Shown here in pieces: positions 1-10,700 of a DNA stretch of 64,000 nucleotides. Every line of letters starts with the position of its first letter. Within the stretch, counting starts at the first letter, position 1. The position numbers and the translations under genes are program-made. The notes beneath the pieces were generated by a model. That model did no database searches. It saw only the letters and a program-made list of their open reading frames with translations, and was not told the DNA's origin. This stretch comes from Candidatus Poribacteria bacterium (GTDB taxonomy: Bacteria > Poribacteria > WGA-4E > JAJDTR01), in contig CBDCTK010000002.1 in the NCBI GenBank assembly GCA_965222225.1, positions 32,001-96,000 of the forward strand. Direction: 5' to 3'.

Positions 1-5
1 GTATT

Positions 6-548
6 GTGGCAAAACGACATCTGGATCTGGGTGGAATGGCGTCACTAACAACGCCACTTTTTGAAATTGTCGAGATGAAGACAGTTAAGGCAGTTTTCAG
101 CGTTATCGAATCAGATCTCGGCAAATTGAAACTACAGGCACGAGCATCTATTCGGGTCGATGCTTTGGAGAATCCCGTGATGGGCGAGATTTCGCTGATC
201 AGTCCTACGCTCGATCCATCAAGTCGTACAGTAAAGATTGAGATCCGGGTCGAAAATCCAAGTATGAATTTGAAGCCGGGTATGTTCGCTAGAGCGACGA
301 TTCCTGTCGAGGTTCATGAAGATGCGGTTCTGATTCCGCGTTCCTCGGTGCTTGAAGATGCAAATCGCGACCTGCGGAGCGTTTTCGTCGTTGCCGAGGG
401 CCTGAGCAAACGGCGGACAATTGAGATTGGGCTATCAAAAGGCAGTGATGTTGAGGTAACCCAAGGGCTTGTTGAAGGAGATACAGTGGTTATTGCCGGC
501 CAGCATGCTTTGACAGATGGTGAAAGCGTCACAGTGGTCGCCCCTTAG
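6..548 (+). CDS. RND efflux periplasmic adaptor (membrane fusion protein), 5'-truncated by window edge
   Basis: ISPTLDPSSRTVKIEI, LKPGMFA, LIPRSSV and GLVEGDTVV motifs typical of the MFP C-terminal half. Confidence 0.85.
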   Translation: MAKRHLDLGGMASLTTPLFEIVEMKTVKAVFSVIESDLGKLKLQARASIRVDALENPVMGEISLISPTLDPSSRTVKIEIRVENPSMNLKPGMFARATIPVEVHEDAVLIPRSSVLEDANRDLRSVFVVAEGLSKRRTIEIGLSKGSDVEVTQGLVEGDTVVIAGQHALTDGESVTVVAP

Positions 549-646
549 CGGCGGTGAAGGGCGAGACTTGAAGAGACAAATCCGCGCCAACTCTCTCGCG
601 ACGAGTATGACGTTTGCTTAGAGGAGTGCAAGAGGTGTGAATCGTC

Positions 647-2128
647 ATGAGTACGGAGGACCTCCTAAAAGGCGGCCAGCCCATAAAAATAGAGCACATT
701 TCCGGCCCCGAAATCAAACCCCATGAGATTCTCGAATTTGAGTCAATGCTACGGTTTCAAGACGAGCAACTGTTTGGCGAATCCGGCTTTGAAAAGAGCG
801 GAAAAGTTGTCATTACGAGAGCACCCGCGCGGTTGGATGTCATGGGCGGGATTGCCGACTACTGTGGAGCAAATGTCGCCGCATTGACGCTTGAACACGG
901 AGCAGTTGTTGGCTGTCAAGTACGGGAAGACAGACAGCTCAGAGCGCTAAGCCTCGGAGTTGATAGTCACTCATTGCTGGGATTGCAGATTTCTGTAGAA
1001 GAATTCTATGACCGAGGACATCTCAAGTCGTATAATCAGATCCGTCAACTCTTCGCACGAAATCCCAAAACAGCGTGGACAGCATATGTGCTCGGAGGTT
1101 TTTACGTTCTGCTGAAGGAGGGCAAGATCAAGCGGCTGCCGCACGGGGCCACGATCGCAATTAAGAGCAGCATCCCGATGCGAGCAGGAATCGCGTCATC
1201 CGCCGCGATTGAAGTGGCGATGCTAACAGCTACCAACGCCGTTTATGAATTGCGAATGGACGCGAAAGAAATCGCTCGAGTTGGACAGATTGTCGAAAAC
1301 CGCGTTGTTGGTATGCCCTGTGGACCGATGGACCAAATAACTTCCGCTTCCGGAGAGCGGGGGGCAATTCTCGCCATCTGCTGTCAATCCGACCCTGTTC
1401 TTGAAGCCATGTCCCTCCCCTTTAGGACGAGGGTGATAGGTATACACAGCAAGGTTAAGCGCCCATCAAATGCCGCTTATATTGATGTTCGCACCGCCGC
1501 GTTCATGGGGTTGACAATCCTTCAAAAAGAATTGAATATTGAGAAACTACGGAATAATTATTTGTGCAACCTCTCCGTGCAGGAGTTTCGGCGGAGATAT
1601 CGAAGTTACTTGCCTGCCCGGATGAAGGGCCAACATTTTCTCAATCGGTACGGTGGAACGGTGGATTCGGCGACAGAAGTCAATCCCCAAAAAACTTACT
1701 ATGTGCGAAGCCGCGTTGAACACCCAATTTATGAACACGCTCGCGTTGGGAAGTTTTTCCGATGTATTAAAGATGCCGCTGCCGACGCCGAAAATGTGAA
1801 GACTCACTTAAAAGACGCGGGAAAACTTATGTACGCTTCGCACTGGAGTTATCGGTATCGCGTAGGACTCGGATCGCCCCAAATTGAGCAGATTGTCAAT
1901 TCAGTCCGCAAAATCGGGATCGAAGGAGGGTTCTATGGTGCTAGAATTACGTCCGGCGGCAGCGGCGGGACAGTTGCAGTGCTCTGTCATGGAAACATCT
2001 CTAGCGGGTTGATCCAAATCCTTGCCGCTTACAAGTTGGCTTGGGGACTTGAAGCGGAGGTCTTCTATGGTACGGCGCTCGGCGCATGCCAAACCGAGCA
2101 CACTGTGTTGCACCTTTCCAAGGCGTGA
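647..2128 (+). CDS. GHMP-family sugar kinase (galactokinase/L-arabinokinase-like)
   Basis: RAPARLDVMGGIADY, IPMRAGIASSAA ATP loop, CGPMDQ, GARITSGGSGG. Confidence 0.85.
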   Translation: MSTEDLLKGGQPIKIEHISGPEIKPHEILEFESMLRFQDEQLFGESGFEKSGKVVITRAPARLDVMGGIADYCGANVAALTLEHGAVVGCQVREDRQLRALSLGVDSHSLLGLQISVEEFYDRGHLKSYNQIRQLFARNPKTAWTAYVLGGFYVLLKEGKIKRLPHGATIAIKSSIPMRAGIASSAAIEVAMLTATNAVYELRMDAKEIARVGQIVENRVVGMPCGPMDQITSASGERGAILAICCQSDPVLEAMSLPFRTRVIGIHSKVKRPSNAAYIDVRTAAFMGLTILQKELNIEKLRNNYLCNLSVQEFRRRYRSYLPARMKGQHFLNRYGGTVDSATEVNPQKTYYVRSRVEHPIYEHARVGKFFRCIKDAAADAENVKTHLKDAGKLMYASHWSYRYRVGLGSPQIEQIVNSVRKIGIEGGFYGARITSGGSGGTVAVLCHGNISSGLIQILAAYKLAWGLEAEVFYGTALGACQTEHTVLHLSKA

Positions 2129-2279
2129 CACGAGTCAAGCTATAGGTATTACTTCTCCAAGTGATTAATTTCTCCTCCAAGAGGGAAAACGCTTGTAGCG
2201 CAAGGATGTTGAAGTATTCTCCCGCCTCTGACAACAAATGTCCCGTTGTTGAAGCAATCAAGCCAAATGGTGCATACTC

Positions 2280-3347
2280 ATGAAATACAATAAATGCGTG
2301 TTTACGCTAGTAAGCTTGCTAGTCTTGACTCTTGCTATCATTCCAAAATTCGCCCTCGCCGAGGATGGTAGTCATGCCGCGGAATTTCTCAGCCACGGTG
2401 TTGGAGCGAGAGCCTTGGGAATGGGAAGCGCCTTCGTGTCAATCGCCGATGACGCGACCGCAGCCTACTGGAATCCGGCGGGGCTTGCGAAGGTTGAAAA
2501 GCACGCATTCTCTATTATGTATTCGGACTCCTTCGGAGCAGGGGAGGGAGGCCTTCTCAAGAAGGGCATTGTAGAATATAATTTCGTCAACTACGTGCAT
2601 AAATTCAGCGGGTTCGGGAGCATCGGGATTAGTTGGATCCGGCTAGGCGTTGATGATATTCCACTTACGACATTCACGGATACCAACGGCAATGGCCTCG
2701 ACGATGATTATCTGGAGTTGGATGGGATATCCGGTAAGAGCGAGAACGATGGTCAATACTTTGAGCCGCCAACCGTGACGGGCTATTTCAGCAACACAGA
2801 TAATGCCCTACTTATTTCCTATGCGCGGAAGGTTGGCCCAAAACTCTCCATTGGCGCGAACTATAAACTCCTCAAACAGTCAATCTTTGAAAACGCGGGA
2901 TCCGGAAACGGTCTTGATGTCGGTTTTATAGCAGGTCCCTTCGTTGGCTTTCACATCGGTGGGATGCTAGAAGATGCAACCGGCACTCAAGTTCGTTGGG
3001 ATACCAGTACCGAACCGACCTTTACACGTAGTCCTAGATTTAGGTTCGGCGCTTCGTATCAACGCATGCTGCCCGTAATCGGAGATGTAACAGTTGGTGC
3101 AGACGTGCAGATGAATCAAGAAGACCTTGATCAGGAGAATGAATCGAGCGGCACACTCTTCCGCTTGGGGGCGGAATACTGGCTACTAAACGTCGTTGCT
3201 TTTCGTGTAGGCATTGAGGCCGAACAATTGGCGTTAGGCGCCGGATTGCGTCTCAAAATGGGAGAGGCGACGATGTTTGCAGATTATGCTTTCAACGCCC
3301 ACGACATCGGTAATTCGCAACGGATTTCGATTTCGGGCATCTTTTAA
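2280..3347 (+). CDS. PorV/PorQ-family (UPF0164) outer-membrane beta-barrel
   Basis: Signal peptide, GARALGMGSAF..DDATAAYWNPAGL signature, C-terminal Phe. Confidence 0.8.
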   Translation: MKYNKCVFTLVSLLVLTLAIIPKFALAEDGSHAAEFLSHGVGARALGMGSAFVSIADDATAAYWNPAGLAKVEKHAFSIMYSDSFGAGEGGLLKKGIVEYNFVNYVHKFSGFGSIGISWIRLGVDDIPLTTFTDTNGNGLDDDYLELDGISGKSENDGQYFEPPTVTGYFSNTDNALLISYARKVGPKLSIGANYKLLKQSIFENAGSGNGLDVGFIAGPFVGFHIGGMLEDATGTQVRWDTSTEPTFTRSPRFRFGASYQRMLPVIGDVTVGADVQMNQEDLDQENESSGTLFRLGAEYWLLNVVAFRVGIEAEQLALGAGLRLKMGEATMFADYAFNAHDIGNSQRISISGIF

Positions 3348-3976
3348 TTCTCAGGTTTTTACCTCCCTTCTCGTACTATACTCATAACTCATATATCAAA
3401 ATGTGGCGTGAAAACAGCAAATCCCCAAAGGGACTCTAACCCGTGTTCCGATTCACCCTGATGCACAGAAAACTTCCTAAGTGTATACATTTACGAAACT
3501 CCCTGCCTTTTCTGTTTGAACGTTTCAAGCCGATCCCAGTCCCTCCGCCGAACAACGCAGACAACGTGAAAGCGCCAACGTTTCCCATGTATCGCCAGAT
3601 CATCACTCAAACGCGATTCATCCTCATCCTATCCTGCCAGTCATTCTATCAAGCCAAGTGGCAGCAAATCTCCCTAACGTAATCAGTGGTTAGATTTATT
3701 CCAAGTCCGTCAAGATTACCGTTCATACCGCCTCGTCAGACATTTTGCCAACATCGTTTGAAGGTCAAGAAACGGGGTTGAAAGAAATCAAGGAGGTATT
3801 ATTAACCGACGATGTTCATATATATTGTGTTAACATCATAAATAAGATACTATATACTGACACTATGATATATACCGTTAGCTATGGTTTCGTCTGTCTA
3901 ACACGCTCACAGTCCAGATATAGTATGTCAATGAAAATCATACGCCAAATAACTCGCACCAAAAGTAATTATTTTC

Positions 3977-4005
3977 TTGACAAAATCCACATGTCTGCTT
4001 ATAAT
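3977..4005 (+). promoter_or_regulatory. Consensus sigma70 promoter upstream of TonB-dependent receptor locus
   Basis: TTGACA (3977-3982), 17 nt spacer, TATAAT (4000-4005). Confidence 0.75.
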
Positions 4006-4198
4006 GTTTCTAGGATTTAACAAAGTAGCGCTTTAATCGACCATCCCCCATGATCTACGGTCAGTAGAAATGTTCCGACTCGAATCGAAGTCGGCTAAAA
4101 TGTCAATTCATTTTCGCTAACGCAATTAATGAGTCCACAGTCCAAATTCTCAAGGTTTGAAGAGGCACTGACATTGAAAACAACGAAAGGAATTGAAC

Positions 4199-4673
4199 AT
4201 GAAAGAGTGGTATTGTCCTAAACTTACGATTCTGGTGGTTAATATTCTCGCTATTATTCTCCTTACGTCTATTGCTGTGGGATAGGAGACCACCGAAAAG
4301 ATGAGTGCGGAATCCGATGAGGGAGAGACCGAAGAGGTGATTGACATTGAAGGTCTCGCAATTATCGGCTCTCGTCTGCAAGCGCGATCAGTGGAAGATT
4401 CCGCACTACCTATTGATATTCTTGGATCGGATGAGTTCATCAAGCAAGGAGGGACTGATTTGCGGTACCTCATGCGAAACGTCGTCCCGTCGTATTATGT
4501 CAATAACGATTGGCGTTCAAAATGTCCTGAATGTCAAACCGGACAATGTCACTTCTTCAGAACCTGATATTGAGAACTTTACCTCTCAAATCGTCGGAAG
4601 GCCTTTTGGCGAATACAGTCCATACGGGTTTGGAGGTGCGTTCTGGTACGCCAAGTATAACTACAACTTCTAA
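4199..4673 (+). pseudogene. TonB-dependent receptor pseudogene (nonsense codon plus large internal deletion)
   Basis: RBS GAAAGGA, ATG 4199, signal peptide, TAG at 4283 where the paralog has Gln; plug start (SALPIDIL..IKQGGTDL..NVVPSY) joined out of frame near 4505 to the terminal strands (SPYGFGGAFWYAKYNYNF). Confidence 0.85.
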
Positions 4674-5012
4674 GATCTCTTTTCATGGGGTTCAGGCAGT
4701 ATTGTCCATCTTGCCGATGTGGCAGTAGATTATCGTGTGAGCAAAGCGGCGGGAAGCACCGCTGTCTGACTGCTTCGCATGGTTGCTTTGAATCATTAAC
4801 TCTAAGGTTACCTCATGAATTCGATTGGTTTGACACAACTTGAGATGAGGGCCGAGTATGCGATATCCGTTTTGGTGCTTTTCTCGCTTTGGTTCCACTC
4901 TCATTTGGCTCTTCGGCGTTTCAACAGAGCCTAGCCACAAAAACACAGGTACATAAGTTCCAATCTTCTAAAGTTAACGTCATATAGTCACATACAGCGA
5001 AAGGAATTGAAA

Positions 5013-7593
5013 ATGAAATTGAAGTTATATCCGCAACTTGCAACTCTCGCGCTTAGCATTGTTGCAATGCTTTTTTGTGTTGTCTATCGCCATAGCGCAG
5101 GAAGCCCCGGAAGAAGCGGCTGAAATGGAATCCGAGGAGTCCATGGAAGGCGAAATCGTGGAACTTGAAGGCGTGGTAACCATCGGTACTCGCGCAAAAC
5201 GACGCTCCGCGATTGATTCAGCCGTGCCGATTGACGTGATCAGTGGCGATGAGCTCATCAAGCAGGGCGCCACAGATTTGCAAGACCTGTTGAGAAACAT
5301 TGTGCCATCATACAATGTAAACACACAACCCATCAGCGACGCGGGAACGGTCGTTCGACCCGCGAATCTACGCGGTCTCGCTCCCGACCACACGCTAGTG
5401 CTTGTCAACAACAAACGGCGCCATCGTGCCGCTGTTATCCATTGGCTGGGTAATGGCTTGGCTGACGGGGCGCAGGGGCCGGATCTCTCGGCGATTCCGG
5501 CAATTGCGTTAAAGCAGGTGGAAGTCCTCCGAGACGGCGCATCTGCCCAATACGGTTCGGATGCAATTGCAGGTGTGATGAATTTCCAGTTGAAAGACAA
5601 CTATGAGGGTGGCTCTTTTGAATTCAAGCCCGGTATCTTTCAATACGGGGATGGGCAGACATTTGCCGTGGCGGGTAATATCGGTTTGGGTAACGCGGAG
5701 ACGTGGACCAACCTGAGTCTGGAATATGGCGGCGCAGATCCTACCATTCGCTCGGTACAACGTGAAGATGCCCTTGCCCTAGTTTCCGCTGGAAATCGTA
5801 GTGTAAGAGACCCGGCGCAAATTTGGGGATCACCCATTGTCGAAGGCGATGTCAAGTTATTCGCCAATTACGGGAGTAAACTCACGGATTCCGCCAATTT
5901 CTATGGGCACGCAAACTATGCCAGTAAGCGGGTTGAAGGCGGGTTCTATTACCGGAATCCCAATACTCGCAGCGGTGTGTTTAGTACCGATAGCGGAGAA
6001 ACACTGCTGGTTGGCGATCTGACGGGTGGAGAATACCCGAACATCCCCATCACGAACCATGTTCCGGATCCCGATGAGTTGGCAAAGGTTATCAGGGATC
6101 CCAATCTTTTTACCTTCCAAGAGATGTTTCCGGGCGGTTTCACGCCGAGATTTGGGGCGGAGACGATTGATAGTTCCGTGCTCGTGGGGATTAAGGGCGA
6201 CGCTTTGGGAGACACACTCGGATCGCCACTGGACTGGGATTTGAGCGCCTATTTTGGGCGTCATTACGCCGATTTCTTCATCTTCAACACCGTAAATGCA
6301 TCTCTGGGACCGGATACCCCTACAGACTTCGATCCGGGTGACTACATTCAGACCGATTACAACCTTAACTTTGATGTGACGCACTCGCTCAGCGACATGG
6401 TATTCCTCGCCGCCGGACTGGAACGTCGGAATGAAGAATTTGAGGTTGTAGAGGGCCAGCGAGAATCCTATCAAATCGGACCTTTGGCCGGTCAAGGCTT
6501 CAGCGCGGCCTCTAACGGTTTCTCGGGCTTCAGTCAGATTACCGCGGGCAAGTGGAACCGTGCCAACCTTGCAGCCTATTTGGAAAGCGAGCTCAGACCG
6601 CTTGAACACCTGCTAGTTAGTCTCGCGGTGCGAGGGGAGGACTTCGATGATTTCGGGAGGACTGTCAACTACAAGGTGGCTACTAACATCGGCATTAAAG
6701 ATTTGCTTGCCGACGCAGGTATGATCTCCAACGATGAGATGGACCTGAAATTCCGCGGCAGTTACAGTACCGGATTTAGGGCGCCGACTCCCGGTCAACA
6801 AAATACGTTCAACGTTACCACCGAGTTCAATTTTGAAAAAGATGATTTGGTGAATAACGGCACCATCCCGTCAACCAACCGAGCGGCAACGCTGGTGGGC
6901 GGAAAGGCTCTTGAGCCCGAAGCATCAAAGAACTTCACCGGCGGTCTCGCTTTCACTATGCGGAACATCCTCCTCACGGTAGACCTCTTTGGTATCCGAA
7001 TGAAGGACCGGTTGGCACTTTCTCAAGACTTCGAGCTCTCTGCGGAGCAGAAGGATGAGTTGATTAAAGCGGGGGTAACCAGCGCTGCTAACCTGCAAGA
7101 GTTCCGATTCTTTACCAACGACTTCGATACCACAACCCAAGGTGTGGATGTGGTGCTTACGGTGCCAATACCCAATGGCACTCTCACCGGTATTTATAAC
7201 CAAACAGTGACCACCGTTACCGACTTCAATCCGGTAACGCTGGATCTCTTGAGGATAAAAGAATTGGAGGAAAACCTTCCGAAACAACGAGGAGGTCTCA
7301 CAGCAACGCAGGCTATAACCGACCGGTGGAGTGCGTTAGGACGTGTCAGTTTCTTCGGTGACTGGTTCGATTCCGAAGATGATGAGACATACACTGGAAA
7401 GGCGTTGTTCGACCTTGAAACGTCTTACATATCGTCCGGTGGATTAACCCTAACCATTGGCGGCCAGAACATCCTCAATACCTATCCTGACGAGAATCCG
7501 AAGGCTCTCAATATTGGCAATCAGTACGGTCAGTTCAGCCCGTTTGGATTTAACGGTGGGTACTGGTATGCCAAATTCGGTTACAGTTTCTAA
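5013..7593 (+). CDS. TonB-dependent receptor; true start probably ATG 5013 with a 1-nt frameshift in T6 (5071-5076)
   Basis: Plug motifs NLRGL..TLVLVN..RRH and VEVLRDGASAQYGSDAIAGVMN, YSTGFRAP, C-terminal YSF; ORF track starts at TTG 5038. Confidence 0.9.
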
Positions 7594-7612
7594 ACTGGCA
7601 ACCGGGTTATGT

Positions 7613-7670
7613 AACTTCTAGAGCAACTCCTGCCGGTTTCGCAAACTAGCAGGAGTTGCTCTAGAGAGTT
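7613..7670. terminator. Long hairpin between convergent genes (bidirectional terminator candidate)
   Basis: TCTAGAGCAACTCCTGC ... GCAGGAGTTGCTCTAGA perfect 17-bp inverted repeat. Confidence 0.7.
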
Positions 7671-7790
7671 TGTCAATGCCTTTACTGTGTGCTCGGCATG
7701 GCTTTGATATCCATTCCGAGCACCAATATTCATTGTCGGTTCAATGGCGCCGACGAATCGTTTCAAGACTATTTATTTGCCCACCATCCC

Positions 7791-10700
7791 TCATCTAACG
7801 ACGGCGATTTTTCCAATCTTTCTCAGGTTCCCGAACTCCATCACATAGATGTAAATTCCACTTGTCACGTCTGATGTGCCGTTACTCAGAAGCAGCCATT
7901 CCTTTCGACCTCGGTCAGTGGATGTCACGGTCAACCTCTCTACGAGTGAGCCACTTGGGTCATAAATATTGATGGCGGTATCGGTAGGGAGCCCATCAAA
8001 TGTAACAACGCCCTTATGGAATTCGCTTGGTCGGACAGGATTTGGAAAAACGGTCAGTTGGGTGAAATCCTTTAATTCCACAAGATTAGCTGCGGGTGGA
8101 ATTTTTACCAGCATGGCTGATGCGCGGGGGTCGATTGGATTTCGATCGCTATCCTGAACTTCTGAAACAGCAATCTCATAGATGCTACCGGGAATTAAAT
8201 CGTCCTGTCGAAAGCCGAGAATTGCGCGTTTTCCCATCCGGTCACGAAAGGCTGACTGTGGAATCACACCGGAAATGTGTTCCGGTTTTCGCAGGAGGAA
8301 CCGTTTTTCGTTCCCTATTTCTCGTCCCATCGGTCTATCAAACGTAACAGCGATTCGATTTTCTCCAAGGTGTTCCGCGTCTATCATCCTTGGCGGGGTT
8401 CGCGGAGTAGCCCACACCGGAGCCGTCCAATCCGTCTCAATCCCATTTTCACTCACCGCTGAAACGGCGTACCAATAGGTCGTATTCTTCTTCAGCGCCC
8501 GATCAAAGTATCTTGGTACGTCGAGGTTCTCTTCAATTTTCTCAAATTCCACCATTCGGGGCGAGATTGATACCTCTTTTTCTTGGTTGGAGGTCGTTGC
8601 TCGGTATACGTTAAAAAGACTCACATCGCTCGGGGTTTGCCAGGTTAACTGAACAAGGCTTTCCGTTAATGGAGCTGCGACTAGATCCCACGGTTGGATA
8701 TTTGCGACGACTTTCGTCTTGTCCGCGCGCGTATTCTCAAAAGTGAGAAGATTATCCCGACTGTTGAGAAATATCTCCTGAAAACCATCTTCATCTGAAT
8801 CCGCAAGAAGAAGACTCGGGGTGTTCCACACTTCGTGATGCCAGACTGGCGTAAAAGAAGTTCGACCCTGTTGGAAAACATGAACGCTTGGGTTTGTAAG
8901 AATTATGAGTTCATTCCGTTCATCACCGTCAAGGTCTCCAACAGCGAGGCTATTACCCCTTAGTCGATATGGGGCAATCTCTTGCGACCATACCGAGACA
9001 TAACGATTGTCTCCCGTGGTGGTAAACAGGGTGAATTTCCAGCGAGCCGGCAGTGAAGGGAGGTCTTTCTCAATCGTTCGGCTCCCAACGACAAAATCTG
9101 AAATCCCATCGCCGTTCAGGTCTCCGATAGCGTATTGATGGGCATCCAGCCCGTCAATACGCAACTGCCACGTCTGCGTTAACTGATTGTCTCCAATTGC
9201 TTCGTAGAGATGTAGTTCTCCTTCACTATCTCCCGTCAATAATTCTGTTCTGCCATCTCCGTCAAAGTCGTCGATAGCGAACTGCTCGCCATAAACGTTG
9301 GCTCCATCCGTCTCACTTTTGAGACGGATGATTTCCTCGTAAATATCATTTCCTTGATTTTCGTAAATAAGGATTGCACCGTTATTGTTATCGGCTCCGA
9401 CTATTTCTTTGCGCCCGTCTCCGTCAAGATCGGCAATCTGTCCAGCCGAGAGAAATGGCGATTCCCAAATCTGCCGTTTCGGGTAATCGGTGCGCGTCAG
9501 ACTCTCAATAAGAAAGATTCTATCTTCGGTGCTTCCCAAGATTTCCAAAAGTCCATCTTCGTCGGTGTCATCAACCGCCCATGGCTTAAAGGCGAAGGCG
9601 CTTGTATGCTTGAGTTCATAGCTGCCGGAAGGGGTACGCTCATGGATTTCTATGCCTGAAGAAAGATCGCCAATCAAGGGAAGCCCCACAATTTCGAGTA
9701 AACCATCTCGGTCAAAGTCTGCGGTAACACTTCCGATGTGCATCGGTGGAATTCCAGTGGATTCTCCAATTAACCCGTGCGGAGAAATCCGGCTGCCCAT
9801 GACATCCAGTTGATAATATCTACCTCGATTGTCTCCAATCGTTTCAAGTCCTGCCGCATTTCGCGCACGGACAAAGTAGTCATACCGGCCAGGGCTCAAG
9901 GACAATGAAAATGAGTGTTCTCTGCCGACTGCTGATTCATCAATAGTAGAAAATGGTGCAAGTATTTTTTGGGCGCGATAATTTAGTGAGTCAACTGTCA
10001 AATCATCCGTCGACCACGAAAAGGATACGACAAACTGACCTTTTGACAGTTGTTCTCGCGCCTTGATACCGCGCACTATAGGCGGCGTTCGATCTACAGA
10101 CAGAACGACTTCATCGCGGGCAATCGCGCCTGTCTTCGCCACGGTTTCCAAACGAACCGTGTACGTCCCTTCAGGCACCTCCGCGATCTCCCAGATTAGC
10201 AGTCTTTCCTTTGTCTTTTGCCGGAAAGACGGGAGATTGATTGCGGTCCACATTGTGGGCGTTGTTGACTCACCGTACATCAACTGCCACGTATTAAACT
10301 TGAATCCACCCGCGGTTCCAATCAATTCGATTTTGCTTGAACCGCCGCCACCGGTTTCAGGCGCAAGAATCCGTGCCTGCATTGAACCACTTGTTATCAG
10401 GGCTTTCGCCGCGTTAAGATTACCGGCCCCGACAAGTTCCGGGCTTTCAAGGGTTGAATCTGCAGTATTTATAATTATTTGTCGAGTTTCTTCATGTGTC
10501 AGGTTAGGGCGTTTTGACAAAATTAAGGCTGCGACTCCTGACACGTGCGGCGTTGCCATGGATGTTCCCGTCAACCGACGGTAGCGGTTGCCAATCTGAG
10601 TGCTCAGAATGACGTTTCCAGGTGCACCAATATCAATTGACGCACCAAAGTTGGATTGATAGAATCTCTGTTTATTCTGATCAGTAGCGGCAACGGCGAT

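Noticed and set aside
4010-4198. Cobalamin or other riboswitch before the TonB receptors
   Set aside because: No B12-box or other riboswitch consensus that I can recognise.
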